From contig NC_043022.1 of the NCBI RefSeq assembly GCF_006345805.1, positions 62,001-126,000 on the forward strand: a stretch of 64,000 bases of DNA. Direction: 5' to 3'. Position numbers and translations under genes: made by a program. The stretch is from Octopus sinensis. Its lineage: Eukaryota. Below the pieces are notes generated by a model. That model made no database searches, had not been told where the DNA came from, and worked only from the letters and a program-made list of their open reading frames with translations. Within the stretch, counting starts at the first letter, position 1, and each line of letters starts with the position of its first letter. Shown here one piece after another: positions 13,962-26,172 of this stretch.

Positions 13962-14370
13962 TATTAGAGACAAAACCACTATTTTGCAAAACAAACAAGG
14001 AAAGACTTAATCAATACATAAATTTTAATAAATAGTCAAAAAAAACCGCCACTACATTGTTTCTTGTCTTGATCGACAATCTTCAGGTGGACTTCCAATA
14101 AGTCAGTTTCAAATTATGACTTCATAATTGAAACTGACTTATTGGAAGTCCACCTGAAGATTGTCGATCAAGACAAGAAACAATTGTAGTGGCGGTTTTT
14201 TTGACTATTTATTAAATTTTATGTATTGTTAAGTCTTTCTTTTTGTTTTGCAAATAGTGGTTTTGTCTCTAATAATATTTTATAATATTTTACTATAAAA
14301 TTGGATTTAATCCTAAATCTGATTTTTTTCCCTGTAAATTTGGATTTATTCCCTAATATTTATTATTATA
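13957..14370. repeat. Fold-back (inverted) pLTR-like unit A, centre ~14120
   Basis: 13957-14110 is the reverse complement of ~14130-14280. Confidence 0.9.
14150..14192 (+). ncRNA. Minimal type I hammerhead ribozyme A (mirror copy on - strand at 14049-14090)
   Basis: CCAC-CUGAAGA-UUGUC gaucaa GACAA-GAAA-C aauu GUA-GUGG. Core and all three helices present; palindromic ACAAUUGU helix III. Confidence 0.85.
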
Positions 14371-14384
14371 TATATATATATATA

Positions 14385-15597
14385 TTATATAAAAGGGCTT
14401 AGTAAAATAGATTACTTTGCCACATACTGACTCATTAGAAATAGTAGCTAAAAAACGTTTTAAAAACTATTTCTAATACTTAAAGAAAATCTCTCTCATA
14501 TAGTGTTTGCTCAATTCAACTCACGAAAGTATGGGGGTAAAGACATTAAAAATCAAATGCAAAGGTTATTTGAGAACGTACGTTTCTAGATTAGTCAACT
14601 CGACATTTCTATCATCAGCTCAGAACTCCTTGTTTGGATTTGAAAACACTGAAAGTGGGAGCATACCCTTTCGGCTTCTTATCGCTTCTGAAGATCTGCT
14701 CGAAACTACAGTGCCAGCAACTCAAAATATGCAAGCGAAGAATTTCTGCTCTCCCCTTTCCACCAGCGTGGGTTAAAATCAGTAAACACTATGCTTTTTC
14801 GTAAAATCCGAAGCATTAAATAGAGAGAGATGAATTATAATTTCAACAATTGAGGGTAAAATTAATTAATTATTAATCAATTTCACCAAGTATTCAGTAT
14901 GCAAGGACCATTTAAGGCGAATTCAAATTATTACATTATATAAAAGGGCTTAGTAAAATAAATTACTTTGACACATACTGAACTCATTAGAAATAGTAGC
15001 TAAAAAACTTTTTTTAAACTATTTCTAATACTTAAAGAAAATCTCTCTCATATAGTGTTTGCTCAATTCAACTCACGAAAGTATGGGGGTAAAGACATTA
15101 AAAATCAAATGCAAAGGTTATTTGAGAACGTACGTTTCTAGATTAGTCAACTCGACATTTCTATCATCAGCTCAGAACTCCTGGTTTGGATTTGAAAACA
15201 CTGAAAAGTTATTTGGATTGAGAACACTTTTCAGTGTTTTCAAATCCAAACCAAGGAGTTCTGAGCTGATGATAGAAATGTCGAGTTGACTAATCTAGAA
15301 ACGTACGTTCTCAAATAACCTTTGCATTTGATTTTTTATGTCTTTACCCCCATACTTTCGTGAGTTGAATTGAGCAAACACTATATGAGAGAGATTTTCT
15401 TTAAGTATTAGAAAAGTTTTAAAAAAGTTTTTTTTAGCTACTATTTCTAATGAGTTCAGTATGTGGCAAAGTAATTTATTTTACTAAGCCCTTTTATATA
15501 ATGTAATAATTTGAATTCGCCTTAAATGGTCCCTTTGCATACTGAATACTTGGTGAAATTGATTAATAATTAATTAATTTTACCCTCAATTGTTGAA
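14385..15597. repeat. Unit B: 552 bp tandem repeat (second copy partial) followed by an inverted copy
   Basis: Identical ORF starts at 14507 and 15059; ~15215-15597 is the reverse complement of ~14835-15210-type sequence. Confidence 0.9.
15262..15313 (+). ncRNA. Type I hammerhead ribozyme B (copies on - strand at 14571-14622 and 15123-15174)
   Basis: UGAG-CUGAUGA-UAGA..UCUA-GAAA-C guac GUU-CUCA. Palindromic ACGUACGU helix III; cleavage triplet GUU. Confidence 0.75.
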
Positions 15598-15622
15598 ATA
15601 TATATATATATATATATTTATT

Positions 15623-15846
15623 ATATAGAAGGAGCTTCTACAGGACTAGTACTGTTTCATTCAAGAGAAATCTTCAGGAAGCTATTAACAAGAATTGTAT
15701 TAGCATTTATACATTTAGGCAGGTTTAAAGGAGTGGTGGTGGGGGGACTTTTTTGGGGTAGGCATAGCGCAAATATCATACTTGGGGAGTGGTCAAGGAG
15801 TCAGGGTAAGTTAGATGAAAGAATAGATAAATAAAAAAATAAAATA

Positions 15847-15877
<31 letters not shown>

Positions 15878-16027
15878 TAAAAAAAAAAAAAATAAAATAA
15901 AAAAAATATAATAAAAATATAAAAAATAAAAAAATAAAAATAAAATGTGTGCACATACATACATAAACACATTACATACACACACACATACGTACACATG
16001 TGTGCCTATACATACCTACACATACAC

Positions 16028-16094
<67 letters not shown>

Positions 16095-16541
16095 ATCAAT
16101 ACAGGCCCATTCCCTAATTTAATTTTATTATCTTCATTTATTACTTTGTTATCTTTGATCGCTAGGGCTAAGGATCCTGGCGATGGCAGCATGTCCAATT
16201 GTCTGTCTACTAGAAGGCAAGTACTCGTTAGCACATACATACACCCATTCGTACACTCATACACATACACGTACGCACGCGTTATATTCATACATACAAA
16301 CATCTACATACGTTCACGTATATACACATACGTACTCGTACCTACAGATTCATGTCTACACTTTAGGAGGCTAGTCTATATATATACACCAATAAATATA
16401 CATATATATATATATATATATATTATATATACACATATACACATACACACACACACCACATATATATACTCCTACATACAGATACATACCCATATATATA
16501 TACATATACACACACATACATATACATCTATATATACATAC

Positions 16542-16579
<38 letters not shown>

Positions 16580-16845
16580 CATACACACACACACACACAT
16601 ATATACACACACATACATACATGCACACACACACATATATATACACACACATATATGAATATAACGCGTGCGTATGTGTATGAGTGTACGAATGGTGTAT
16701 GTATGTGCTAACGAGTACTTGCCTCTAGTAGACAGACAATTGGACATGCTGCCATCGCCAGGATCCTTAGCCCTAGCGATCAAAGATAACAAAAGTAATA
16801 AATGAAGATAATAAAATTAAAATTAGGGAATGGGCTGTATTTGAT

Positions 16846-16904
<59 letters not shown>

Positions 16905-17347
16905 TGTATGGTTGTATGTGTAGGTATGTATAGGCACACATGTGTACGTAGTGTGTGTGTATGTATATGTGTTTATGTATGTATGTGCACACATTTTATT
17001 TTTTTATTTTTTTATTTTTTTATATTTTTATTATATTTTTTTTATTTTTTTATTTTTTTTTTATTTTTTATTTTTTTATTTTTTATTTTTATTTATTTTT
17101 TATTTTTATTTTTTATTTTTTATTTTTATTTTTTTATTTATCTATTCTTTCATCTAACTTACCACTGACTCCTTGACCACTCCCCAAGTATGATATTTTG
17201 CGCTATGCCTACCCCCAAAAAAGTCCCCCACCACCACTCCTTTAAACCTGCCTAAATGTATAAATGCTAATACATTTCTTGTTAAATAGCTTCCTGAAGA
17301 TTTCTCTTGAATGAACAGTACTAGTCCTGTAGAAGCTCCTTCTATAT
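15623..17347. repeat. Fold-back unit C: ~680 bp arms (15623-16290 / 16655-17347) containing microsatellites
   Basis: Arms are reverse complements, including the unique segment ctttgatcgctagggctaaggatcctggcgatggcagcatgtcc. Confidence 0.9.
15633..15683 (-). ncRNA. Type I hammerhead ribozyme C (+ strand copy at 17288-17337 lacks one A of GAAA)
   Basis: AGCUUC-CUGAAGA-u UUC ucuu GAA u-GAAA-CAG uacuaguc CUGUA-GAAGCU. Helix I 6 bp, helix III 4 bp, GUA triplet. Confidence 0.75.
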
Positions 17348-17420
17348 AATAAATTAATTTTACTCTGCTATGTATTGAGTACCTTACTTACTGTGGTTAA
17401 CCCAGGATCAACCCGGGACC

Positions 17421-17455
<35 letters not shown>

Positions 17456-17634
17456 GTGTGTGTTGTGTATTATATATATATATATGTGTGTGTGTGTTTG
17501 TGTGGTGTGGTGTGTGTGTATAATATATATATATATTGGGGCATATAAGCCCTCGACGGAAATATGTAGGGTATACCGTACGCATATATCTGTATCTATC
17601 TATCTATATATACATATAAATGTATATGTATATG

Positions 17635-17700
<66 letters not shown>

Positions 17701-17764
17701 TGTATATATAGAGATCTGTATATGACTATACAATATATATATATGTATATGTATATATGCAGAT

Positions 17765-18030
17765 GTATATATATACGTGCCGGTGGCACGTAAAAAGCAC
17801 CATCCGTGGCCGTTTGCCAGCTCCGTCTGGCACCTGTGCGGGTGGCACGTAAAACGCACCCACTACACTCACGGATTGGTTGGCGTTAGAAAGGGCATCC
17901 AGCCGTAGAAACACTGCCAGATCAGACTGGGCCTGGTGCAGCCTTCTGGCTTCACAGACCCCAGTTGAACCGTCCAACCCATGCTAGCATGGATAGCGGA
18001 TGCTAAATGATGATGATGATGATGATGATG
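17765..18030 (+). mobile_element. SINE/LINE-type 3' body with (GAT)n tail (family 4)
   Basis: aagggcatccagccgtagaaac...aacccatgctagcatgga..aaatgatgatgatg; internal ggtggcacgtaaaa duplication. Confidence 0.7.
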
Positions 18031-18095
18031 ATAATATATATATGTATATTTATATATATATGTATATGTATAATTATATTATATATATATATATA

Positions 18096-18447
18096 CGCGA
18101 GAAAGAAGCACAAGAATGGATAGGTTTTTAGTACAATCGTGTTCATACAAGGACAGGCTTTATTAAAAGTTGTAAAAATTACAGCATATAAACGTGTCCC
18201 GTACTCATCAGCTAAAATACATGTGAGTTCTCTAGACATCCTAGTGGTTGAGGCTATACTTAATTATCTACATTACTTCATGATAGCCTCAACCACTAGG
18301 ATGTCTAGAGAACTCACATGTATTTTAGCTGATGAGTACGGGACACGTTTATATGCTGTAATTTTTCCAACTTTTAATAAAGCCTGTCCTTGTAGAAACG
18401 ATTGTACTAAAAACCTATCCATTCTTGTTGCTTCTTTCTCGCTTATA
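18096..18447. repeat. Fold-back unit G, centre ~18273
   Basis: 18096-18262 is the reverse complement of ~18285-18447. Confidence 0.9.
18323..18412 (+). ncRNA. Type I hammerhead ribozyme G with extended helix II (mirror copy 18126-18217 has a damaged GAAA)
   Basis: UUUUAG-CUGAUGA-g UAC GGGACA..long loop..UGUCCU u GUA-GAAA-C gauu GUA-CUAAAA. Confidence 0.75.
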
Positions 18448-18554
18448 ATCACCCCACTTACTGTATTGTTAAAACAGTATAGTTTTTTTTTGGTGCATCT
18501 AGTTAGGTACCATATTCAAGTAATCATTTAATTAACTTGAATCTTTATTGCTTT

Positions 18555-18610
<56 letters not shown>

Positions 18611-18634
18611 AGAGAGAGAGAGAGAGAGAGGTAT

Positions 18635-18694
<60 letters not shown>

Positions 18695-18717
18695 CATATA
18701 TATATATATATATAATG

Positions 18718-18785
<68 letters not shown>

Positions 18786-18817
18786 CCTCTCTCTCTCTCT
18801 CTATCTCTCTCTCTCTA

Positions 18818-18861
<44 letters not shown>

Positions 18862-18863
<2 letters not shown>

Positions 18864-19089
18864 CCGGAGTAAACACATAAATGTGAAACAAGGTGGAAAA
18901 AAGAGTACTCAAATACAAGGTTAGAGTAATATGCTTTATTTAAAGCAGCAGAAATTCAACAAAATCTGTTACTCTGAGTTTCTCGTTGCCGTTCATCAGA
19001 CAGTTTTTTCTAGCAAAAACTGTCTGATGAACGGCAACGAGAAACTCAGAGTAACAGATTTTGTTGAATTTACTGCTGCTTTAAATAAA

Positions 19090-19090
<1 letters not shown>
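18862..19090. repeat. Fold-back unit D (palindrome 18931-19089); related decayed single arm at 29815-29958
   Basis: Near-perfect inverted repeat centred on ctagc at ~19012. Confidence 0.9.
19020..19057 (+). ncRNA. Minimal type I hammerhead ribozyme D (mirror copy on - strand at 18966-19003)
   Basis: CUGU-CUGAUGA-a CG gcaa CG a-GAAA-CUC a GAGUA-ACAG. Helix III ACUC/GAGU has a 1-nt loop (dimer-type). Confidence 0.75.
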
Positions 19091-19178
<88 letters not shown>

Positions 19179-19819
19179 TAAGCGTGTGTAAGCATTTACA
19201 CACAGGAACGTGACCCTTGACAGGACGCCTTACATGGTAGAAAGGGCAGCCAAACCCAAACCACAAAAACATTTAATTTCATAGAGAATGAAAACCAAAA
19301 TTATTTATAGGTCTCTCAGTTTTTTATTGCACAAATATGTAATAATGTAACCCTTGCCTGTTCTTTGCCGGTCTTATTGTTTGATATATAATACGTAAAC
19401 TTACATCATATACATGTGTGCGTTTATTATATATATGTATGTATGTATGTATATTCTTATATATATGAAAATGTGTGCATGTATACATGGAAGTATTGTC
19501 TTCTATATAAATTTAAAAGCAACACACCTATTAAAACCTCTATTTACTTAACTGGGTTAAGCCAAGTGCATTGACAAAAGTTAATTTATGCCCCGCACCC
19601 ATCCAGTCATTGAAACAGGTATTTGCTTGAGAGTTTCAATTCACTAGATCACAAAAAGCATATACATTTGTTCCCACACACCTACATTCGGATGTCTCCT
19701 AAGTCATTGTAGTGTCATGACTGCATATTGCGGAGAAAAAGAGGAATACTACGTCAGTTTTTCGTGGATAGCAAATGCATTACCTTATAGGTGTGATGTA
19801 ATGCATATATTATAGGTCT

Positions 19820-19867
<48 letters not shown>

Positions 19868-20439
19868 GTGAGTGATTCTAGTATTCCTGTCACTCTCTAG
19901 GTTGTGGGACATTTATCCATGATTCAGACGGATGACAAAGCTGAGAACCAAAATATGAACCTTCTCTAAATAAACAGTGTTAGCTATTTCTGCTCTTGTC
20001 TTACTAAGAAGATAGCAACTGTTGTATTTCTTCCTGCTATAAAGCCAAAAGTCATGCCTTCATTCATTTTCTGTTTCTAATTAATATGATGTAATTCGTT
20101 CTGTAACCTTCAAACCTTGCTGCAACAGTTTAATATCTCTAGCATTCTTTCCTTAATACACCACCTTTGCTTTTTATTGCAGAAGTAGAAGAGGGCGAGA
20201 GCGGCGAAAAAAGGAAACATATATTCTGTGTGACTCTATGCATGCCTTCCTTTCTTTCTCTCTTTTTCTTTCTCTCCGTCTTACTTCTATTTCTACCCTG
20301 TCCAATTTCCCCTTATTCTCTCTCCCATTCTCTCACTTGTACTTGTAGTCTTTCTCCTCCCACTTTCCCTTTCATTTCGTCCTTTATTTTCTCTCTATCT
20401 TCCCATTGTTTCTCTCTACCTTTCTTCTCTACGTACCTA

Positions 20440-20808
20440 TTTCTTTACTATCAACAAGGGGCTAAACACAAAAGGGACAAAAATGGACAAACTGGTATTT
20501 AATCGACCCCGAAAGGATGAAAAGCAAAGTCGACTTCGGCGGAATTTGAACTCAGAACGTAACGACAGATGAAATACCTATTTCTTTACTACCCACAAGG
20601 GGCTAAACATAGAAGGGACAAACAAGGACAGACAAACTGATTAAGTCGATTATATCGACCCCAGTGTGAAACTGGTACTTATTTAATCGACCCCGAAAGG
20701 ATGAAAGGCAAAGTTGACCTCGGCGGAATTTGAACTCAGAACGTAGCGGCAGACGAAATACCGCTAAGCATTTCGCCCAGCGTGCTAACGATTTTGCCAG
20801 CTCACCGC
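20440..20808 (-). mobile_element. SINE family 2 tandem array (2 units plus partial)
   Basis: Repeated atcgaccccgaaaggatgaaa..tcggcggaatttgaactcagaacg units; head ends gccagctcaccg. Confidence 0.9.
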
Positions 20809-21234
20809 TGACACGTGACCCGTAACCAGCTTTTCGTCATTCTCTCTCTATAAGGCGAAAAATACTTGAACAGGTTTCCAACATCACCACAATATTCCTT
20901 CATCTCTCTAGAGGTTTCACGCTATTTCTTTTATCTCTCTATTTCTTCTCTCTAGATTTTAGATTCTCTCATTTTTCATTTCTCGTTTCTTTAGTCTGCA
21001 TTCTTACTGTCAGTCATATTTCGTTGCTAATATTTGCACACTTTCCAGCATTAAACATTGTTCGAACATTCCACGCCCGAAACCTCGTGGAATCCTTTGT
21101 CGAAAGCACTGTCGGACAAATAGCTCCCCGAGGGCTTTGACTATTCGGCGTCATAAAAAAAAAACTTTTGAATCTGGAAACCTTCGGTTGGTAAATTAAT
21201 TCAACAATATTTGTCAGCTATCAGTGTTTTCGTA

Positions 21235-21605
21235 ATCAATTTGCGTGGTAGACTTAAAATTAGATGGCCCAAACACATAAGCAATATGGAGCTATGGCAA
21301 AGAACAAATCAAGTTTCGATTAGGGAGCAAATATTTAAGAAAAGTAGAAGTGGATTGGTAGAACAATTAGAAAAGACACACCAAATGTAGCGAAAAGTGC
21401 TTTAAAGTGGAAACCGGATGGATATAGAAAGAAGGGTGAGCCTAAGAACTCGTGGCGGAGATCAACACAAAATGAACTAGAGAAAGGAGAACATTCATAG
21501 CAGAGTATTAATACAGAAGCGAAACATTATGCAACGTGGAATTCAATTATAAGTGGTCTATACTCCGCGTTAGAGGGTTAACGTGAGGAAAGAAGAAAGA
21601 AGAAA
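21235..21605 (+). mobile_element. RTE-clade LINE 3' end (decayed) with GAA-type tail
   Basis: KIRWPKHISNMELWQRTNQVSIREQI..; a frameshifted frame gives KWKP.G.RK.G.PKNSWRR, typical of the RTE C-terminus. Confidence 0.7.
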
Positions 21606-21631
21606 AAAGTATATATATATATATATTATAT

Positions 21632-21986
21632 TAAAGATAAAACCACTATTAGGCAAATCAAACAATGAAAAACTTAAGCCAATACATAAAATTAATTAAT
21701 TTATATTATTTAAAATATATATCAAAAGTATTAAAAGTTTAATAAAGATAATGAGTAAAACACTACGTTTTACTCATTATCTTTTATTAAACTTTTAATA
21801 CTTTTGATATATATTTAAAATAATATAAGTTAATTATTTTATGTATTGGCTTAAGTTTTTCATTGTTTGATTTGCCTAATAGTGGTTTTATCTCTAATTT
21901 AATATGATATAATATTTTACTATAAAATTGGATTCAATCCTAAATCTGATTTTTCCCTGTAAGTTTGGATTTATTCCCTAATATTT

Positions 21987-21990
<4 letters not shown>
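21632..21990. repeat. Near-perfect palindrome 21632-21897 plus pLTR-like tail (related to unit A termini)
   Basis: Centre gagtaaaacactacgttttactc; the right-arm extension matches 14255-14365. Confidence 0.85.
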
Positions 21991-22052
<62 letters not shown>

Positions 22053-22644
22053 TATATATGTATATGTATATATAATGAATGGATTGATATATGAATATAT
22101 GTGTATGTGTGTGTTGTGCATATATTGTATATACACATTGTGTGTCCATCATTTAAAAAACAGTATGTCCTAACTGCTTTTAAAGTGATAAACACACCCC
22201 CACCAACGCTCAGCTGTGCTGGAGACCGCTACACCGGCCTCGAGACTTTGCATAGAATACATGTTGCAGGATAAAGCGCTCATTTTATCAACACCAGCAA
22301 TACAAATAATGACGGTCTACAAGCGAATATATGGTTAGAGACCACTCTTGGAACCAATATGCATGAACAGACCCCTTCATCAGTGCATGTACTAAGGGCA
22401 TGAAATCATGACTGTATTAATATTGCTTCAGGCTGGGTTGTTTAATTGTTTTATTGTTTTATCAAATTGCCTACTTTGACCAGACACGCCTCAAGGAGTA
22501 ACTTCACCGGAACGTGTAGCTATATCCAACTAAACTCGGATATAGTCATGCATGAATACGTACACATAAACCTATGGATATATGTATGAAACTATATACA
22601 CATTTGTATCTTTAGGTGTGTGTGTGTGTGTGTGTGTATGTGTG

Positions 22645-22684
<40 letters not shown>

Positions 22685-22725
22685 CGTATGTGCGTGTATG
22701 TGTGTGTGAGTGTGTGTGTGTATGA

Positions 22726-22957
22726 AGGCGGCGAGCTGGCAGATACTTTAGCACGTCGGGCGAGATGTTTAGCGACATTTCGTCTGCCGCTACGTTCTGA
22801 GTTCAAATTCTGCCGAGATCGACTTTGCCTTTCGTTCTTTCGGGGTAGATTAAATAAGTACCAGTTACGCACTGGAGTCGATATAATCGACTTAATCCGT
22901 TTGTCTGTCCTTGTTTGTCCTCCCTGTGTTTAGCCCCTTGTGGGTAGTAAAGAAATA
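22726..22957 (+). mobile_element. SINE family 2, full monomer
   Basis: aaggcggcgagctggcag...gagttcaaattctgcc...gtgggtagtaaagaaatag. Confidence 0.92.
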
Positions 22958-23603
22958 GAATGTATGTGTGTATTTATGTGTATGTTTACATGGGTACATG
23001 TAAATGTATGTGTGGTCTGTGTTGTTATATAGATATATATATATATATATATCAATTTACATATATATATTAATTTATATATACATACATACATATATAT
23101 ATATGTGCATGGTTTTATATGAATATATATATATGCCGTCATTTTTTGAGTTTGTAAATAATAACTTTATTAGCAGTGGAAGAGAATATTGATGGTGGTA
23201 GCGGAGTCGGGTGGGAGTTGGTCCGGAAATACAGACGATGTCATGTAAGCCAGAAAGAGACTATTTAATATCTTACATTGAATTTGAAGATAGCAATCGA
23301 AAACTTTAATTATAACAATTACAACCTTTGAATACGCACAAATCATGTGAATGCAGACATGTATGAATGTATGTATATATATTTCTATGCATGTATGAGT
23401 GTATGTATATATATTTGTATGCATGTATGAGTGTATGTATATATATTTGTATACATGTATGAGTGTATGTATGTACATATGTATGTATAGGATTATTTAG
23501 TTTTATTTCACTATTTTTTGCCAATGGAGGGCGAGCTGATTTCTAACCTAGATCCAATGCTCCTTCATTGCAATTTGATTATCAACAAGGAAATTTGCAT
23601 AAA

Positions 23604-24010
23604 AGGCGCAGGAGTGACTTTGTGGTAAGTAGCTTGTTTACCAACCACATGGTTCCGGGTTCAGTCCCACTGCGTGGCACCCTGGGCAAGTGTCTTCTAC
23701 TATAGCCTCGGGCCAACCAAAGCCTTGTGAGTGGATTTGGTAGACGGAAACTGAAAGAAGCCCGTCGTATATATTTATATATATTTGCGTGTGTGTGTTT
23801 GTGTGTCTGTGTTTGTCCTCCTAGCATTGCTTGACAACCGATGCTGGTGTGTTTATGTCCCCGTTACTTAGCGGTTCGGCAAAAGAGACCAATAGAATAA
23901 GTACTGGGCTTACAAAAGAATAAGTCCTGGGGTCGAGTTGCTCGATTAAAGGCGGTGCTCCAGCATGGCCGCAGTCAAATGACTGAAACAAGTAAAAGAG
24001 TAAAAGAGTA
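23604..24010 (+). mobile_element. SINE family 1, full length
   Basis: AGGCGCAGGAGTG..TGTGGTAAG (A box), GGTTCAGTCCC (B box), internal (TG)n, tail gactgaaacaagtaaaagagtaaaagagta. Confidence 0.92.
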
Positions 24011-24129
24011 TATATGTGTGCAGATGAGCAGAACTTCAAATCAGTGTATGTACATACTCGTATACTTCACTTTAAACATGTATTCGCAAGTATATAGTTG
24101 CATGCCTAGTTGCATGTATACTTAAATAA

Positions 24130-24480
24130 TAAATTTCTGGAAAGATTTAGATGTGGACAGATGGTATTCGAATCAGCTTTCTCTTGTCTGGTTTTGAAAA
24201 GTCTAATTTCCCAAGATTAGGCAGTGCGTTACGTATCCCAATGCCCACAGTAATTACAGATTACAAGTTCAGGTTTATGCATGAAATTGTAATCTGGGTA
24301 GAGTAAGTGTAGATTTCTCTGGAGTTCAGTGTAGGCATTTTGTCTTTCGCTAATCTTAGGATTTATGTTAAGAGCCGCTGGTCATCTGATTTCCACAACT
24401 GTTTCCACTGGGATATTCCATACGTACTTCTTCCTATTATGAGTGGTTATGTCTTCTATCGTACTGGACGTCTTAAGATA
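24130..24480 (-). mobile_element. Decayed REL-type LINE 3' end (homologous to 28500-28940)
   Basis: Shares tttctggaaag..cgaatcagctttct..ctggttttga..gattaggca..tacaagttcaggtttat with 28500-28940. Confidence 0.55.
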
Positions 24481-25248
24481 TATGAATGAATGCACGTATG
24501 TATGTATGCATGCATGTATGTATATATGCATGTATGTATGTAAATATGTATGTATGTATGTACGTGTGTATGTATGTATGCATGTATGTATATATGCATG
24601 TATGTATGTATGTAAATATGCATTATGTATGTATGTATGTATGTATGTATGCATGCACGTATGCATATATGCATGTATGTATGTATGTGTGTATGTATGT
24701 ATGTATGTATGCATGTATGCATGTGCATGCATAATTTATGGAGTGTCTATAATTCAAAAGCTGAATAACATTAATTTCTTAGAGAGTGAGTAATGTGAAA
24801 TATTTTGAGAAAAGGATTGTCGACTAATTTCTGACCGAAGTTTTGTTGCTTTTCACTTGACTTAACGTTTAGAAAATATTTTAACAACCTGCCACTGATT
24901 TGTGTGTCTCGCATGCTGCAATGTGTCAGAATGTTAATGCGTAGTAGGAACACAGTACTGCAAAATAGCAACACAATACCGTAATCATCATGATCATCAT
25001 GATCATCATGATCATCATCGTCATCACCGTCGGCTTTATCAATATTATACTTACATACATACGTATATGTGCGCGTATATATATATATATATAATACATC
25101 TGTGTGTATTTATATATATATATACAAACATTTTTTTGTATGAATATTTCATGTGTTTTATCTATGTATGTACACATTGAAAAAACTTGAATTCTACTCT
25201 GTATGGATTCGCATATGTGCGCGTATATATATATACATGTGGGTGTGT

Positions 25249-25299
<51 letters not shown>

Positions 25300-25384
25300 T
25301 GTGTGTGTGTGTGTGTGTGTGTGTTTGTGTGTGTATGTGTGTGTATACATACATAGATATATGAATATCTCATATGGTATACAT

Positions 25385-26172
25385 ACATAGATAAAACTTG
25401 AATTCTACGCGGTTTGGATTCGTCTAAAGTTTGAATTGTTTCCAAAGGAACGTTTGTCCATTCTTCAGCTAAAACAGTCTGCAGGTCCTGTAGCTATGTT
25501 GGTGGATGGTATCGACCCTTCCTTGTTTTTCTAAAACGCACCGTAAATGTTCAATAATATTGAGATCTAGGAACTGTGGTGACCAGATAAGATGTCCAAC
25601 TTCTCTAGAATTTTCCTCGCGTCGTTAAGTAAAAATTTCAGCTGTATGAGTTAGTGCATTATCATCCTGAAAGATTGCGTTTCCCTTCGGAAACAGTTCT
25701 GCAACCATAGGATGATTTTGAGCAGATAAAATGCTTAAATAGTCTTGACTATTAATTCTGCCATGAAGGGAAACAATTGGGCGGGCGAATTTGCAAGATA
25801 TAGCGAACCCCCAGATCATCGCAGATTCTTTTCCGTTGTTAAGAGTTGTAAGAATGCAGTCTCGGTAAAATGCTTCTTTTGGTTGTCATTTGACCGGTGG
25901 TCGATAACAAGCTAAACGTTCGCGAAAATAACATTATTCCCACTCTCTCAGGACCAGGTCTGTAGGTTTTTACTCCACTCTATACGCTTCGCAACGTTTT
26001 TGAAAGTAGTGATTTTCTGATAGCAGCCTTCCCGTGAAATCCGGCTTCGCGCAACTCCGGCGAACATCTTTGTGGAGACTGGGTTCCCGAAGGGATTATT
26101 ATGCTCTGCATTAATTTTCGAATCTGTACTTGTGATGCTAGTTGTTTCCATTATTTTGTCCAACCCTTGAAT
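25385..26172 (-). mobile_element. Internally deleted Tc1 relic
   Basis: MIWG..RPIVSLHGRINSQDYLSIL..AIFQDDNA.THTA; TIR-like end caagggttggacaaaataatggaaac at ~26145-26170. Confidence 0.8.

Noticed and set aside
14683-14722. Extra hammerhead (CTGAAGA..GAAAC..GTG) on the plus strand of unit B
   Set aside because: No helix II or helix I pairing, and a non-cleavable GUG triplet.
13957-19090. CRISPR array
   Set aside because: Repeats are long inverted or tandem units without unique spacers; eukaryotic context; no cas genes.
20160-20230. Splice acceptor (ctttgctttttattgcag) and possible coding exon
   Set aside because: No convincing donor or protein similarity; it runs into a CT-rich low-complexity tract.
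22340-22395. CTGATGA on the minus strand as a hammerhead
   Set aside because: No GAAA or helix III downstream.
25435-25475. Hammerhead-like CTGAAGA..GAAAC on the minus strand
   Set aside because: Lies in Tc1 coding sequence (AEEWTNVPLETI) and the helices do not form.
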